Positions 33,378 to 43,900 of a DNA stretch of 59,401 bases are shown in pieces; the stretch's first letter is position 1; each line of letters begins with the position of its first letter. A program made the translations under genes and the position numbers. The stretch covers positions 1 through 59,401 of IMG/VR virus record IMGVR_UViG_3300045988_077504; one strand, given 5' to 3'. The stretch comes from a virus. The notes under the pieces were generated by a model. It was given only the letters and a program-made list of their open reading frames with translations. It was not told the origin of the DNA and did no database searches.

Positions 33378-35455
33378 TAAACATATTAAAGGAAAACAAC
33401 AAGCGCAATGCCGAGGTCTATCAGAAGTTCGACCCTATCAGTGGTATTGGCTCTATAGGGAAACGTACGGAAGTACATATTGATGATTTTCCTTTAGAGA
33501 CACAATACCTACCCGTCGAAATGCTTAATATTCCATTGGTTAAATTACTGATGAAATGCGGAAGTATCGAAAAGTTTCTAACTATTGAACTGGCGGTAGA
33601 GTATAGCGAGGAAGACCGTCTGAAAGTTATAGAACAATTCGTGCGCCTACGATGTAGGTATGATTTTGCATTTTGGGCTGCTATGTATGTGTACATCAAG
33701 AACAAAGGTGGTGGAGATGATGTTCTATTCCACCTGACACGTCCGCAGAGAAAGTTTATAGAACGTCTTGAAGCACTTCGCAAAGCCAACAAGCCTATAC
33801 GAATAGTGTTGTTAAAGGCTCGCCAGTGGGGTGGTTCTACAACTTCACAGCTGTATATGGCATGGTTACAACTCATTCATAAAGTCGGACTTAATTCTCT
33901 TATCATTGCTCATCAAGGTGCAGGTTCTGATGAAATCAAGGATATGTTCGACCGTATGATTAAGGCTTACCCTATATCTATGCTCTATAAGCTGGGGGAA
34001 ACATACAATGAGAACGAGTCTAAACTGGTAGGTGTAGGACATTCAGGCTCTATACATCGTGTACCACAACGTAATTGTAAGATAAAGATTGGTACTGCTG
34101 AACGCCCAGACTCTTGTCGTGGTGGAGATTACAACCTTGTGCATTTGTCCGAGGTTGGACTATGGAAGACTACTGACGGGAAAAAACCTGAAGATATTGT
34201 GCGTTCTGCCTGTTCGGGTATTTTGTTAAAGCCCTATACGATGATTGTTTATGAGAGTACAGCTAATGGTACGGGAAACTTCTTCCAACGTGAATACGAT
34301 GCAGCAAAGCGTGGAACTTCACAGTTTGAAGCTATGTTTGTATCTTGGTTTGATATTGAACAGTATTCTTTACCATTTGAAAATGATGATGAAAAAGCAG
34401 ACTTCGCTATATGGCTTTGGAAAAATAAAAACAACGCAACACCATCTTCTGCACGTGCGGAAAGTGGTAGGTATCTTTGGTGGCTTTGGCAGAAGGGTGC
34501 AACTTTGGAAGCTATCAATTGGTATGTACAAGAACGTGCGAAGTACAACGAACACGCACCAATGGCTTCTGAATATCCATCTGATGATGTTGAGGCTTTT
34601 GTTCATTCAGGTGAACGTGTATTCGATAAGTATAAGGTTGATACTTTCCGAACTTCATGTAAACCTCCTAAGCTAATTGGTGATGTTTATGCTGATGAAG
34701 ATGAAGGTAAGAATGCTTTGAAGAACCTGCGCTTTACAGAAGACTCACAAGGGCTTCTGTGGGTATGGGATTTGCCTGAAATAGACGATAAGGAAATTGT
34801 AACCAATAGATACGTTACTATTGTTGATATTGGTGGACGTTCTAAAAAAGCAGACTGGTCTGTAATATTGGTAATCGACCGCCTTTTCATGATGGACGGT
34901 GGTAGACCGCAAGTAGTAGCGCAGTGGTATGGACATATTGATATGGATATACTTGCATGGAAAGCTGCACAGATAGCTGCGTTCTATGACAACTCCCTGT
35001 TGGTAATCGAGAGCAACACGCTTGAAACGCACGACAAGGAGCGTTCTGTTGATGGTGATTTGTCTCACTTCATCCTCAATCAGATTAAAGACGTTTATCC
35101 TAACCTCTATGCACGCAAGCAGACGGAAGATGAGATACGAGAGGGTATTCCTCGCAAATACGGCTTCCATACAAATGTATCCACCAAGCCAATGATTATA
35201 TCAACGCTTATCAAGGTAGTGCGTGAACATCTATACATAGAACGTGATGAGCGTTGCTTAGATGAATATGTGGTATATGAGAAGAAACAGAACGGTGCAT
35301 TTGGAGCTATCATAGGCAAGCATGACGACTTATTAATGACACGTGCTATTGGTTTACATATTTGTTTCTACGAAATGCCTATACCAACAATTGTTCTGCG
35401 TGTCAATAGAATAATGCCAAAGAAAAAAAAAGCAGTATCTGCTGCCACCATATAA
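33362..35455 (+). CDS. terL: Terminase large subunit
   Basis: 697 aa. The ATPase has a Walker-A-like LLKARQWGGSTT, and the C-terminal RNase-H-like nuclease has VTIVDIGGRSKKADWSVILVID and GKHDDLLMTRAIG. Confidence 0.85.
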   Translation: MQKEVVNILKENNKRNAEVYQKFDPISGIGSIGKRTEVHIDDFPLETQYLPVEMLNIPLVKLLMKCGSIEKFLTIELAVEYSEEDRLKVIEQFVRLRCRYDFAFWAAMYVYIKNKGGGDDVLFHLTRPQRKFIERLEALRKANKPIRIVLLKARQWGGSTTSQLYMAWLQLIHKVGLNSLIIAHQGAGSDEIKDMFDRMIKAYPISMLYKLGETYNENESKLVGVGHSGSIHRVPQRNCKIKIGTAERPDSCRGGDYNLVHLSEVGLWKTTDGKKPEDIVRSACSGILLKPYTMIVYESTANGTGNFFQREYDAAKRGTSQFEAMFVSWFDIEQYSLPFENDDEKADFAIWLWKNKNNATPSSARAESGRYLWWLWQKGATLEAINWYVQERAKYNEHAPMASEYPSDDVEAFVHSGERVFDKYKVDTFRTSCKPPKLIGDVYADEDEGKNALKNLRFTEDSQGLLWVWDLPEIDDKEIVTNRYVTIVDIGGRSKKADWSVILVIDRLFMMDGGRPQVVAQWYGHIDMDILAWKAAQIAAFYDNSLLVIESNTLETHDKERSVDGDLSHFILNQIKDVYPNLYARKQTEDEIREGIPRKYGFHTNVSTKPMIISTLIKVVREHLYIERDERCLDEYVVYEKKQNGAFGAIIGKHDDLLMTRAIGLHICFYEMPIPTIVLRVNRIMPKKKKAVSAATI

Positions 35456-35481
35456 GTTTCATTTATCAAAATTGTTAAACT

Positions 35482-35811
35482 ATGAATGTATTTAAGAAAT
35501 TCAAAGCCTATCTGCGTTATCGTGAAGCGGTTAAGAAAGCTGATGAGGCTCACGCAAAGACAGGCGAGCGTTACTATGTAATGCCCTCATCAGGTAAGAA
35601 GACACTCCTAATTATGGATAGGTTCAATTTCCGCAAGCTGAAGCATAAGGGCTATATCAACAACAAGGCTTTTGTTGCCGACCTTGAAAGGGAGTGCTTC
35701 TATGCTACACCGTATAAGGACGGCTCGGCGGAGTTATCTACTTTAGTCATTGAGTTTAAGAAACGACAGTATTACACATGGTATGATGGGAAGATACAGC
35801 ACAAAGAGTAA
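35482..35811 (+). CDS. Hypothetical basic protein
   Basis: 109-aa ORF after terL. No motif recognised. Confidence 0.5.
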   Translation: MNVFKKFKAYLRYREAVKKADEAHAKTGERYYVMPSSGKKTLLIMDRFNFRKLKHKGYINNKAFVADLERECFYATPYKDGSAELSTLVIEFKKRQYYTWYDGKIQHKE

Positions 35812-35902
35812 GCAAGGCATTGATGGTGTTGCTACACTTACGAATGATGCACTGGCATTAGAGAATATCCGAAAGGGGAAGAATAATAATGGTAAATAAT
35901 AT

Positions 35903-35933
35903 AAAAGGCGTAGGAATAAATCTTACGCCTTTT
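35903..35933. terminator. Bidirectional hairpin terminator (packaging island versus portal block)
   Basis: AAAAGGCGTA (35903..35912) pairs with TACGCCTTTT (35924..35933). T-rich tracts follow on both strands. Confidence 0.6.
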
Positions 35934-35937
35934 ATTG

Positions 35938-37938
35938 TTATGATGCGATTGCTTGGTGTAATTGGTTTACAGCTTGCATATTCGCTCCCTGCTGCGCCTG
36001 TTGCATGATTTCAGGAGAAACGCCCTGCGGTGTCTGCCCCTGCTGCACTTGCTCTTTCTGTGATTGTATGCTCTGCAACAATTCGTCCGCAAATGGGAAA
36101 TTACCATGTTCAAGTAACTGTTCCACGCTGATGGCATTTGCTTGCCATAACTGCATCAATACATCATTTGCAAGCTGACGATAAGCAGGAGTTGTTGTGC
36201 TTTCTGTTATCGACAAGTCAAACTCAACGTCTCTAATCTTCTTTGGGTCATATTCAATTTGTGCGCCTGCCTTACCAGCAATGTTGAATACTCGCTTGCC
36301 ATCATAGAACTGTTGAATATTCTTTACGTCTTTGTAGGCACCATCGACAACGAAATACGAGAAACATTCCAACATGTCAAGAAGAGACATTGTAGCGTTT
36401 TGCGTTTCTTGGTTGTACTTAGCTGCACTTGTGCCAGCATACCCAGGCTTACCCTGCAAAGCTCCATTCACACCTGATATATCCTCGAAGAATTTGAGCT
36501 GCAAATTAAGTAGTTCGGTTATACCTATATTTGTAGAGTTATTAGCTACCTGATGGGGGATTTGACCGCTTTTTGATGGCTTGAAGACAATAACACCATT
36601 AAACTCTGCCCAACTCTCTGCAATATCTTCCATGCTTACTCCATCAGGTAAACTATCCTCAGGCATAAGCAATACACCTTTGGCACTGGCACGCATAATC
36701 CAGTCGTAAAGAGTGATAAGACGATTTGTGTATCGCTGCTGGTCTATCACATCTGCCACAAACGAATGTATCTCTCCATCAATAAATGGATATGCCTTGA
36801 ACACGTACGGATGGCTACCATGTTCAAAAGGAGTTTCTCCCTCTTTCAGAATATCACCGAATGGAGAAAGGTAGTAGAAATACCAATAATCGTCCATAAA
36901 CCAAGTAGCTTTGACAAGTGGTACTTCTTCTGGTGGCATCCCTGTAGCCTCAGCCATTTGCATACGCTGTGCATTGACCAAAGTAACCTCTTTCTCAAAA
37001 TCTTCTTCCTCAATCTTGTATATATCGCCATTTTGATAATCATGACATCGGTAGCGAGGCTTTTGTTCTTTGCGCCATACTTCGATTACTCTACATCGAC
37101 CAGGCTCACTTGTAAATAGGAAATCGTAATTATTAAGCCTGCTGTAACCAAAACGTTCTGCATAATTGGCAAGAAATTCTTTGCGTGCTGCCCATTTGTA
37201 AATATCTTTTAGCTTTTGATAGTCTTTGGGAGACTCGGCAAACTGCTCACACAATTGTCCAAAGCTCACATCGTGAACCTCTCCTAAACAACTAACATCC
37301 CAACCTCTGAAATCTCTCATATTGTTATCTATGAAGAAATTGTTTGGCTGAACATAGTCCGTCCAACAATCTTCCTTACCATTGCGCCAGCCATAACTCT
37401 TACGATGTACAATAAAGCCTGATATAAGAAACTCTTCCATAGTACGTGCAAAGACTTCATTCATTCGATTAAGCTGCATATTGCATTGTAAAATGGTAGA
37501 CATTGTTTCTCCCAGTTTCTGTTCGTCTCTGTCCCGTGCGGTGCAAGTCGGCTCTTTCGACTGGGAACGGTAAACCCCCAACACATTACGCACAAGCCTA
37601 CGAATAAGATTGTTTTTTAGAGGAACATTACCTTGCTGCTTAATATATTCTTCCTCTGTCATAGATTTACCATCTACACATATCATATCGTCCCATTGGC
37701 TTCCGTATGTATAACGCTTGTTACGTTGTCTATCCTTTCTAAATTGCTCCATTTGGTTCCAGTAATGCTGCGCTTCCATAAGAATATCAAAAGCCCTGCG
37801 ACTGCCAAAGTTATGCGAACGAAAAGAAACTGTATCCATTTCTTCTCTATCTGCCTTTGGCGCAATCTGGCTCATCGGTAGTAATTTTTCGTTTTTCTTT
37901 GTAACTGTATGCATATCTTCTTGTTTTAGGTGGCACAA
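35938..37938 (-). CDS. Putative portal protein
   Basis: 666-aa ORF. The size and its position beside the terminase island and directly downstream of the ejection/polyvalent genes suggest a portal. It has a Gln-rich C-terminal tail. No diagnostic motif could be read, so the call rests on context. Confidence 0.5.
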   Translation of the reverse strand: MCHLKQEDMHTVTKKNEKLLPMSQIAPKADREEMDTVSFRSHNFGSRRAFDILMEAQHYWNQMEQFRKDRQRNKRYTYGSQWDDMICVDGKSMTEEEYIKQQGNVPLKNNLIRRLVRNVLGVYRSQSKEPTCTARDRDEQKLGETMSTILQCNMQLNRMNEVFARTMEEFLISGFIVHRKSYGWRNGKEDCWTDYVQPNNFFIDNNMRDFRGWDVSCLGEVHDVSFGQLCEQFAESPKDYQKLKDIYKWAARKEFLANYAERFGYSRLNNYDFLFTSEPGRCRVIEVWRKEQKPRYRCHDYQNGDIYKIEEEDFEKEVTLVNAQRMQMAEATGMPPEEVPLVKATWFMDDYWYFYYLSPFGDILKEGETPFEHGSHPYVFKAYPFIDGEIHSFVADVIDQQRYTNRLITLYDWIMRASAKGVLLMPEDSLPDGVSMEDIAESWAEFNGVIVFKPSKSGQIPHQVANNSTNIGITELLNLQLKFFEDISGVNGALQGKPGYAGTSAAKYNQETQNATMSLLDMLECFSYFVVDGAYKDVKNIQQFYDGKRVFNIAGKAGAQIEYDPKKIRDVEFDLSITESTTTPAYRQLANDVLMQLWQANAISVEQLLEHGNFPFADELLQSIQSQKEQVQQGQTPQGVSPEIMQQAQQGANMQAVNQLHQAIAS

Positions 37939-37971
37939 ATCTAATTAAAATTTGTGCCACCGTGGGTTTAA

Positions 37972-40900
37972 CTATTTACGTGTAGCATTCATCTCCTCAA
38001 TCATCTGCTTTTTCAATGCTGTAAGTTCATTATCGATAACCTTACGTTCGTCATCGTCTGTTGCCTCTTTCATTTCAGCATAGAGACCGTCAATTTCTTT
38101 GTTATAGTCCTCGAAAATCTCATAGCGTGCATATTCAAGAGAGTTATAGAGGAAGTCAATCTTCTCGGCATAGTCAAAAACACCATTATCTGTGTCTTTT
38201 TCGTAATGCTTTATCCTTGCCTTTAGCTTGTCATGTTCCTCTTTTGCTCGGTAGTACTCGTTGTTAATGGCACGCGACTCTGTACGTTCGTCTCCATTCT
38301 TCAAAATTCTATTGAGTACCAAGAAACTTCTTGGGTCATATTCTCTTTGCCCTGCAATAGTCTCCGCACTCTTAGTAAGTTTGTCGATAGTATTAGAGAC
38401 ACCACCGAAATAACCATTAAGAATGTATTCAATCTTTGCAGGATTGAGGTCAATCGCCCCCTTTGTGTAAGCATCGCCTCTAGTTGCTTCATTGAGCAGC
38501 TTTGATAATCCTAAAAGGTATTTGTTAGCACTCTTGTAAGCCTTTGTCCATTCTGGCATATCTTTATTATAAGGAGTGTCTTTATAGATAGGCATACCCG
38601 TCCAACTCTTATTGGTATAAACTTCAGCAAATGGTTTTGCTGCACTTGGTATAAACGCTTTCAAACCTCCTTCACCCTCTAAGAAATCTATAGGAAGAAT
38701 CTGTGTAGCCTGACCAGCAATGGCTCTGCCGAGTTCTTCGTTGGTGAAATGTTCCTTACCACTCATTGCGCTAACCATTAACTCGCCCATGCCATATATA
38801 GCACGGTATTCTGTAGGTAATGGTATAGATACCCATTGGTCGCCAGCCTTAAACAAGATATTGCTACGTCTTACATATTCAGGTAAGTTCCAATAACTAT
38901 TCTTGTTGTCATCGTCGCCGTCTCCCATACCCATTCCTGCTACCAAAGCACCGAGTATGAACATCGTTGCTGCTGCCGTAAATGCTTTTGCAGGGTATTT
39001 CTTGAATTGTCTGCCAAAGTTTGTTGTTCCTTGTATGGCTGCATTCCAGAATACAAAGCCACTACGTCCAAGTCCTGAAAGGAAAGCACTTGTATTGCCA
39101 AGTTTCGTCTGACCAACTGCTCCCATAAACTTTGCGCCACTGCCTTTCTTATTGAAATTCACAGAGATTTCCTTTGCATCATAGATAGAACGGTCTATTG
39201 TTCTTCCCATTTCTCGTGATGTGAGGAATGCTGCAAAACGTGCGCTGTTCTCAACGGCACGGTTGTACTCGTCCAATCTCTCTCCAAGCAAATTGATAGC
39301 CTTTGTTATACCAAGCTTGCCATTAGCACGCTTCAACTCTCTGCGAATGTCGTTCTTATGCTGCTCTATATCTCTCATATTGGCATAACCAGTTTCGCCA
39401 CCATTCATCATAAATTGATAGAATGAACGTTCGAGGTCGTTATCCATATTGAGCTTACCGTTTATATGCTTAGTAAGAAGTATCTTTACCTGTACCGGAT
39501 TGCATCTTCCAATGTTACGATGGAATCGCAACGCATAGTTTGGACTCTCCTTTACCCATACCATTGAGTTAGCATAAAGCATATCTCGAATGAAGTTCGA
39601 CACAACAAAATCAGGGTTACGTGTTGTATAGAATGCGCTCAACTGTCTATTTACCATTTCGCCAACTTTTAAAATAGCACCGATAGGACCTGAATTGTCA
39701 TTATCAGGATTAGTTTGTCCGTTAAGGGCTTGTGCTGCTCTTGGGTTGCCGTTAATAGTCAAGACATAATCTCTACCACCACGTTTAACAAGAACCTGAT
39801 GCTGCTTCAAATCCCTACTTTCTACGACACGATATGGTACATTGATGGTATCCTTGCCATGCTTATACTTTTCGGGTTCTTTCTCTGCGAGTTCTTCCAT
39901 ACGTGCCTCAAAGTCTTGCAGCTTCTTTTCAATATCATCTGCTGAGTCTGTGTCTTCTATGTTATTAGGGAAGACTGGTTTCCACTCATCGGTTACATCG
40001 TCATACTTCAACCATAAATCACTCACACTAACAAGGTCGCTTGGGTGGTTAAGAGCAAAGTTTAAGAATTTCTGCTTTACCAGTTTATTCCTATTACCTT
40101 GTGTTATCGCACTTTCTGCCATACTTTGCATGTTTGCAAATGGGTCATCTGCTTTTGAAGTACGACCCCTTGCAACCTTAATCGGAGCATTAAAAGCACT
40201 TTGACGATGAGTAAGGTATGCGTATGCTTCGCCACTTGTCTTTTCATCAAAGCCACGAAGTGGAATGTAAAACTGATACATACTCTTTATTTTATCGTAT
40301 GTATCCTTATTCATCATACCGCACTCATAACTTTTTGATAGAGTGGCATTCGTAACATCGTTTACCTTTTTCCATAACGCTGTTGTATCATTGTTCTGCT
40401 CGTAATCTGCAACCATTCTTCCAGCCTCCGCTTCTGCGTCTTCCACAGTATCTGTTCCTGTTAAGGCAGTGAGACCTGCATAATCACGCTGTCGAGCATC
40501 TGCAAGATAATCATCGAAACTTTTCGTACTATTAGGGTGTGCCTGTTCATTTGCTTTGAACGCCTCAGTAGCATCACGTTCCGCCATAACCTCGTTACGC
40601 TCCAAACCATGTTTTGCCATCATATAATCAACAAGCTCTACACACTCTTGCTCATTCTTTGAAAGCTTAGCAACCTCATCAAGCATTGGCTTAAAAACAA
40701 GGTGTGCAAAAGCATCTGCCTCAGCCTTATTGACAGAAGATAATCTATTTTCTCCTAAATAGGCATTCTCAAACCCTGCTATATCTGCAATATCCGTTTT
40801 CGTACCTTCCGCTTTCAGCACTGCCTCCATAGCCTCTTTGAGTCCAAGCATACTATCCTGCAAAGCCTCCTGAGTTTGGAACATTGCTCTGCTTACACGA

Positions 40901-43900
40901 TGCTCATAAATATCACGAGCGTCAACGCTATCCTCTCCCTCACGGAACAAAACATCATCTTCCTCAACATTTTCTTCCGAAATATTTGGATTCTCAAAAT
41001 CTTTCACTATATTTGCAACAGAAATGAGTTTCTTTCTAACGTCCGCGGAATTGTACTGCGGTTTAGATAGAAGCTCATTTTTCGTTTCTTCTATCCAACT
41101 ATTACGAAAATCTTCACTCATATAATCAGCAAGACCGTCATTAATCCAACCAATAATATTCATACTATTGCGATAATGAACACTACGTACACTATTAACG
41201 AATATTCTACCAGCCTTACGGTTAGTTTCGATAGCTACAACATAATTACGACCACCATGTTTAAGGTTTGTAAGAATAACATTACTACCAATATGAGTTG
41301 CACTTCTAAAGACTGCAAATGGATTTTGAATCGCATTAGGCAAGTCTTTGACCTCATTCAAATCAAATGGATGATTTTCCTGCATTGATTTATCTGACAA
41401 TCTGCTTGCAACAAGTTCGATAGGAAGATTAGGAATACCAGTACTTAAAAGAATACTGCTCGGCATTCCCAAATCATAAACATAACCTTTTGGCAATGTT
41501 CCGTCAATCTGTTGTTGCAAAGCATCATTAAACCGCTCATTCACCTCGTCAAATCCAACAGAAGCCTCTGCAACCTCGTCCGACGTTACCTCTGTCTGCT
41601 CTGCATAATTACCCACCTTTAACTCATACTGCTTTGCCACATCTTCCGCTTCTCCTAAGATACTGCGGTATCTTCCTGGCTCTTTTAGGTTCTGATAGCT
41701 GCGCCAAAGGATATAGCGAAGTTCGTTATCACTCAACTCGCCTCCTTGCCAGTTTTCAAAACCAATAGAGTGGAGTAGCTTCATAAATAGTTGTTTAATC
41801 TTTGTCCAGAAACTATAAGGCATGCGCTCAAAGTCGGTTTGCTCTGCAAGTGATGCAAGGTATTCCTCTGTCGCTGTGCGGAAGTCCCAGCCGTTCTTGG
41901 TTGCAAGTTTTACAATTTCACGTCTAATCTCAGGCTCTGCATTTTGGTAAACATTATCAAGGAATGTATCGAAATGGTCGCCAAAGAGTTTGCGCAAGCC
42001 ATAATGTGCTACAGCTTCGTGTAATAAAGTTTTTTCTACATCTGCTATATTGGCATGATTAGGGATAACTATAGTTATCTTACCTGTACTCTTTGAGTAG
42101 AAACCTTTAGCGTTTGCACGCTTACCGTCTAACTGGCTGGCATCTGTAACCACTTCTACATTGTCAAGATGTAATGTGTCTGCAAGCTCCCCTACACGAT
42201 TAGTCATTCTACTACGTTCACGTTCGGCAAATGCTGCACGTTGCTTGGCTGTACGGTTAGACTTACCCATCATTTTTGCCCAAGGGTCGTTGATGAAACT
42301 CAACTCATCATCGGTTAATGTTCCCTGACCATCACGCATAAGGTATTCTTCGTCTTCTGATGCTTCAGAAAGAGTAGAAACAGCCTCAACATCTTTATCC
42401 ATTTCGGCATACTTCTTTTCTTTTTCCTCCATCTCCTGTTTCATCAGCTCGGTGTATTCCTCGTATTTCGCCTTAGCTTCTTCAAGTTCTTTTTCGAATT
42501 CAAAAGGCTTACCCTCTCTTGCTTGCATCTGCTCAAGTTCGGATTTATGGCGAGCTATGTTCTGCTCTGCATATCCAACGATATTCTCGAAATCATTACC
42601 ATTAATAACATTTTCGGTAATATCCTCAATAGCATTGCGAAGCAAGCCATTCTTTACAGGTACATCTGTAAGACCTAATTCCTTTTGAGAATACAACATC
42701 TTACGTGTAGCCTTAGTAAATATGTTGATGCCCTGCGATGTTGTTTCCTTAGCAACTTCTGTGCGCACAACAAAATCTAAGCCGTCAATATTTACGTTGA
42801 GGTTACTCGTGTATGAGGCATTTGCACTATCCTTAACCTTTTCGCCCTCGTCTTTGACCTTTTTGTTATGCTCCTTAAAGAAGTCTGCCATAGCTTCTAC
42901 ACTGTCAAACTTCTGCTTGCCGATGGTAATAGTCTTGAACGTGCCATCAGGATAAGTTTTGCGTACAAGAGAAAGGTTCTTTTCATTTGTGTCCTTACGC
43001 TCCTGCTCCTGCTTTATCTGACCGTTAAGACGTGGTTTTGCGTTATGGATATACGTTTGGTCGGCTTCCCACTGACGCTTTCTGCTCTCAAACTTACGTG
43101 CATTCTTCTCGGCTTGATTTTTCAGCATAGCATACTCGCTTCCTGAAAGTTGTGCTACGGTGTCTCCAAAAGCATCTTCTTCCTCTTCGAGAATACGGTT
43201 CTCCATACTGTTTGCCATAAGCTGCTTGCCGTTCATAATACTGTCTGCAATAGCACCTTTGGTTTTCAAACGCTGATATGCAGTAACATCAAGACTGTCT
43301 TCAACGCCAAAACGAAGCACACGTACAGGCTTATTCATTTCCTTGTGAATATTGCCTTGTCTTAGAATACGTCCGTTACGCTGTGTGTAGTCCATAGGTC
43401 GGTTTGGTGCATCAAGATGTATAAGTGTATGCAAGCGTTCCTGAATATTCACACCAGTACCGAGGGTGAATGTACTACCCATGATAACACGAACCTCCCC
43501 ACGATTTACCTTGTCAAAGATTTCAAGTTTCTTCTTCACAGTCATTCCCGACTTCATTACAATAATCTGCTTCTCTGGAACACCTGCCTTGATAAGTTTC
43601 TCTCTAACATCTTCGTATAGATTGAAACCGCTCGTCTTATTCTGATAGTTATCTGCAAAGATAGCAATAGTACCCTTATAGTCTGCCGTTTCTTTCAGAG
43701 TACGCAATGTTTGGCGCACAGCCTCATTGGTTTTGCTGTTAGCATCATCTTCTGCACTTGCATCAACCAAACGGGCATCCACGGCTGCTGCTTTGGCAAT
43801 ACCATACATAGTAAGTGGAATATGAGAATTCTCTTTCTTCTCCTTGCCACTCATATTGTCGTACTTTTCAAGCTCGCCCTTTACAAACTTCATAATACCA

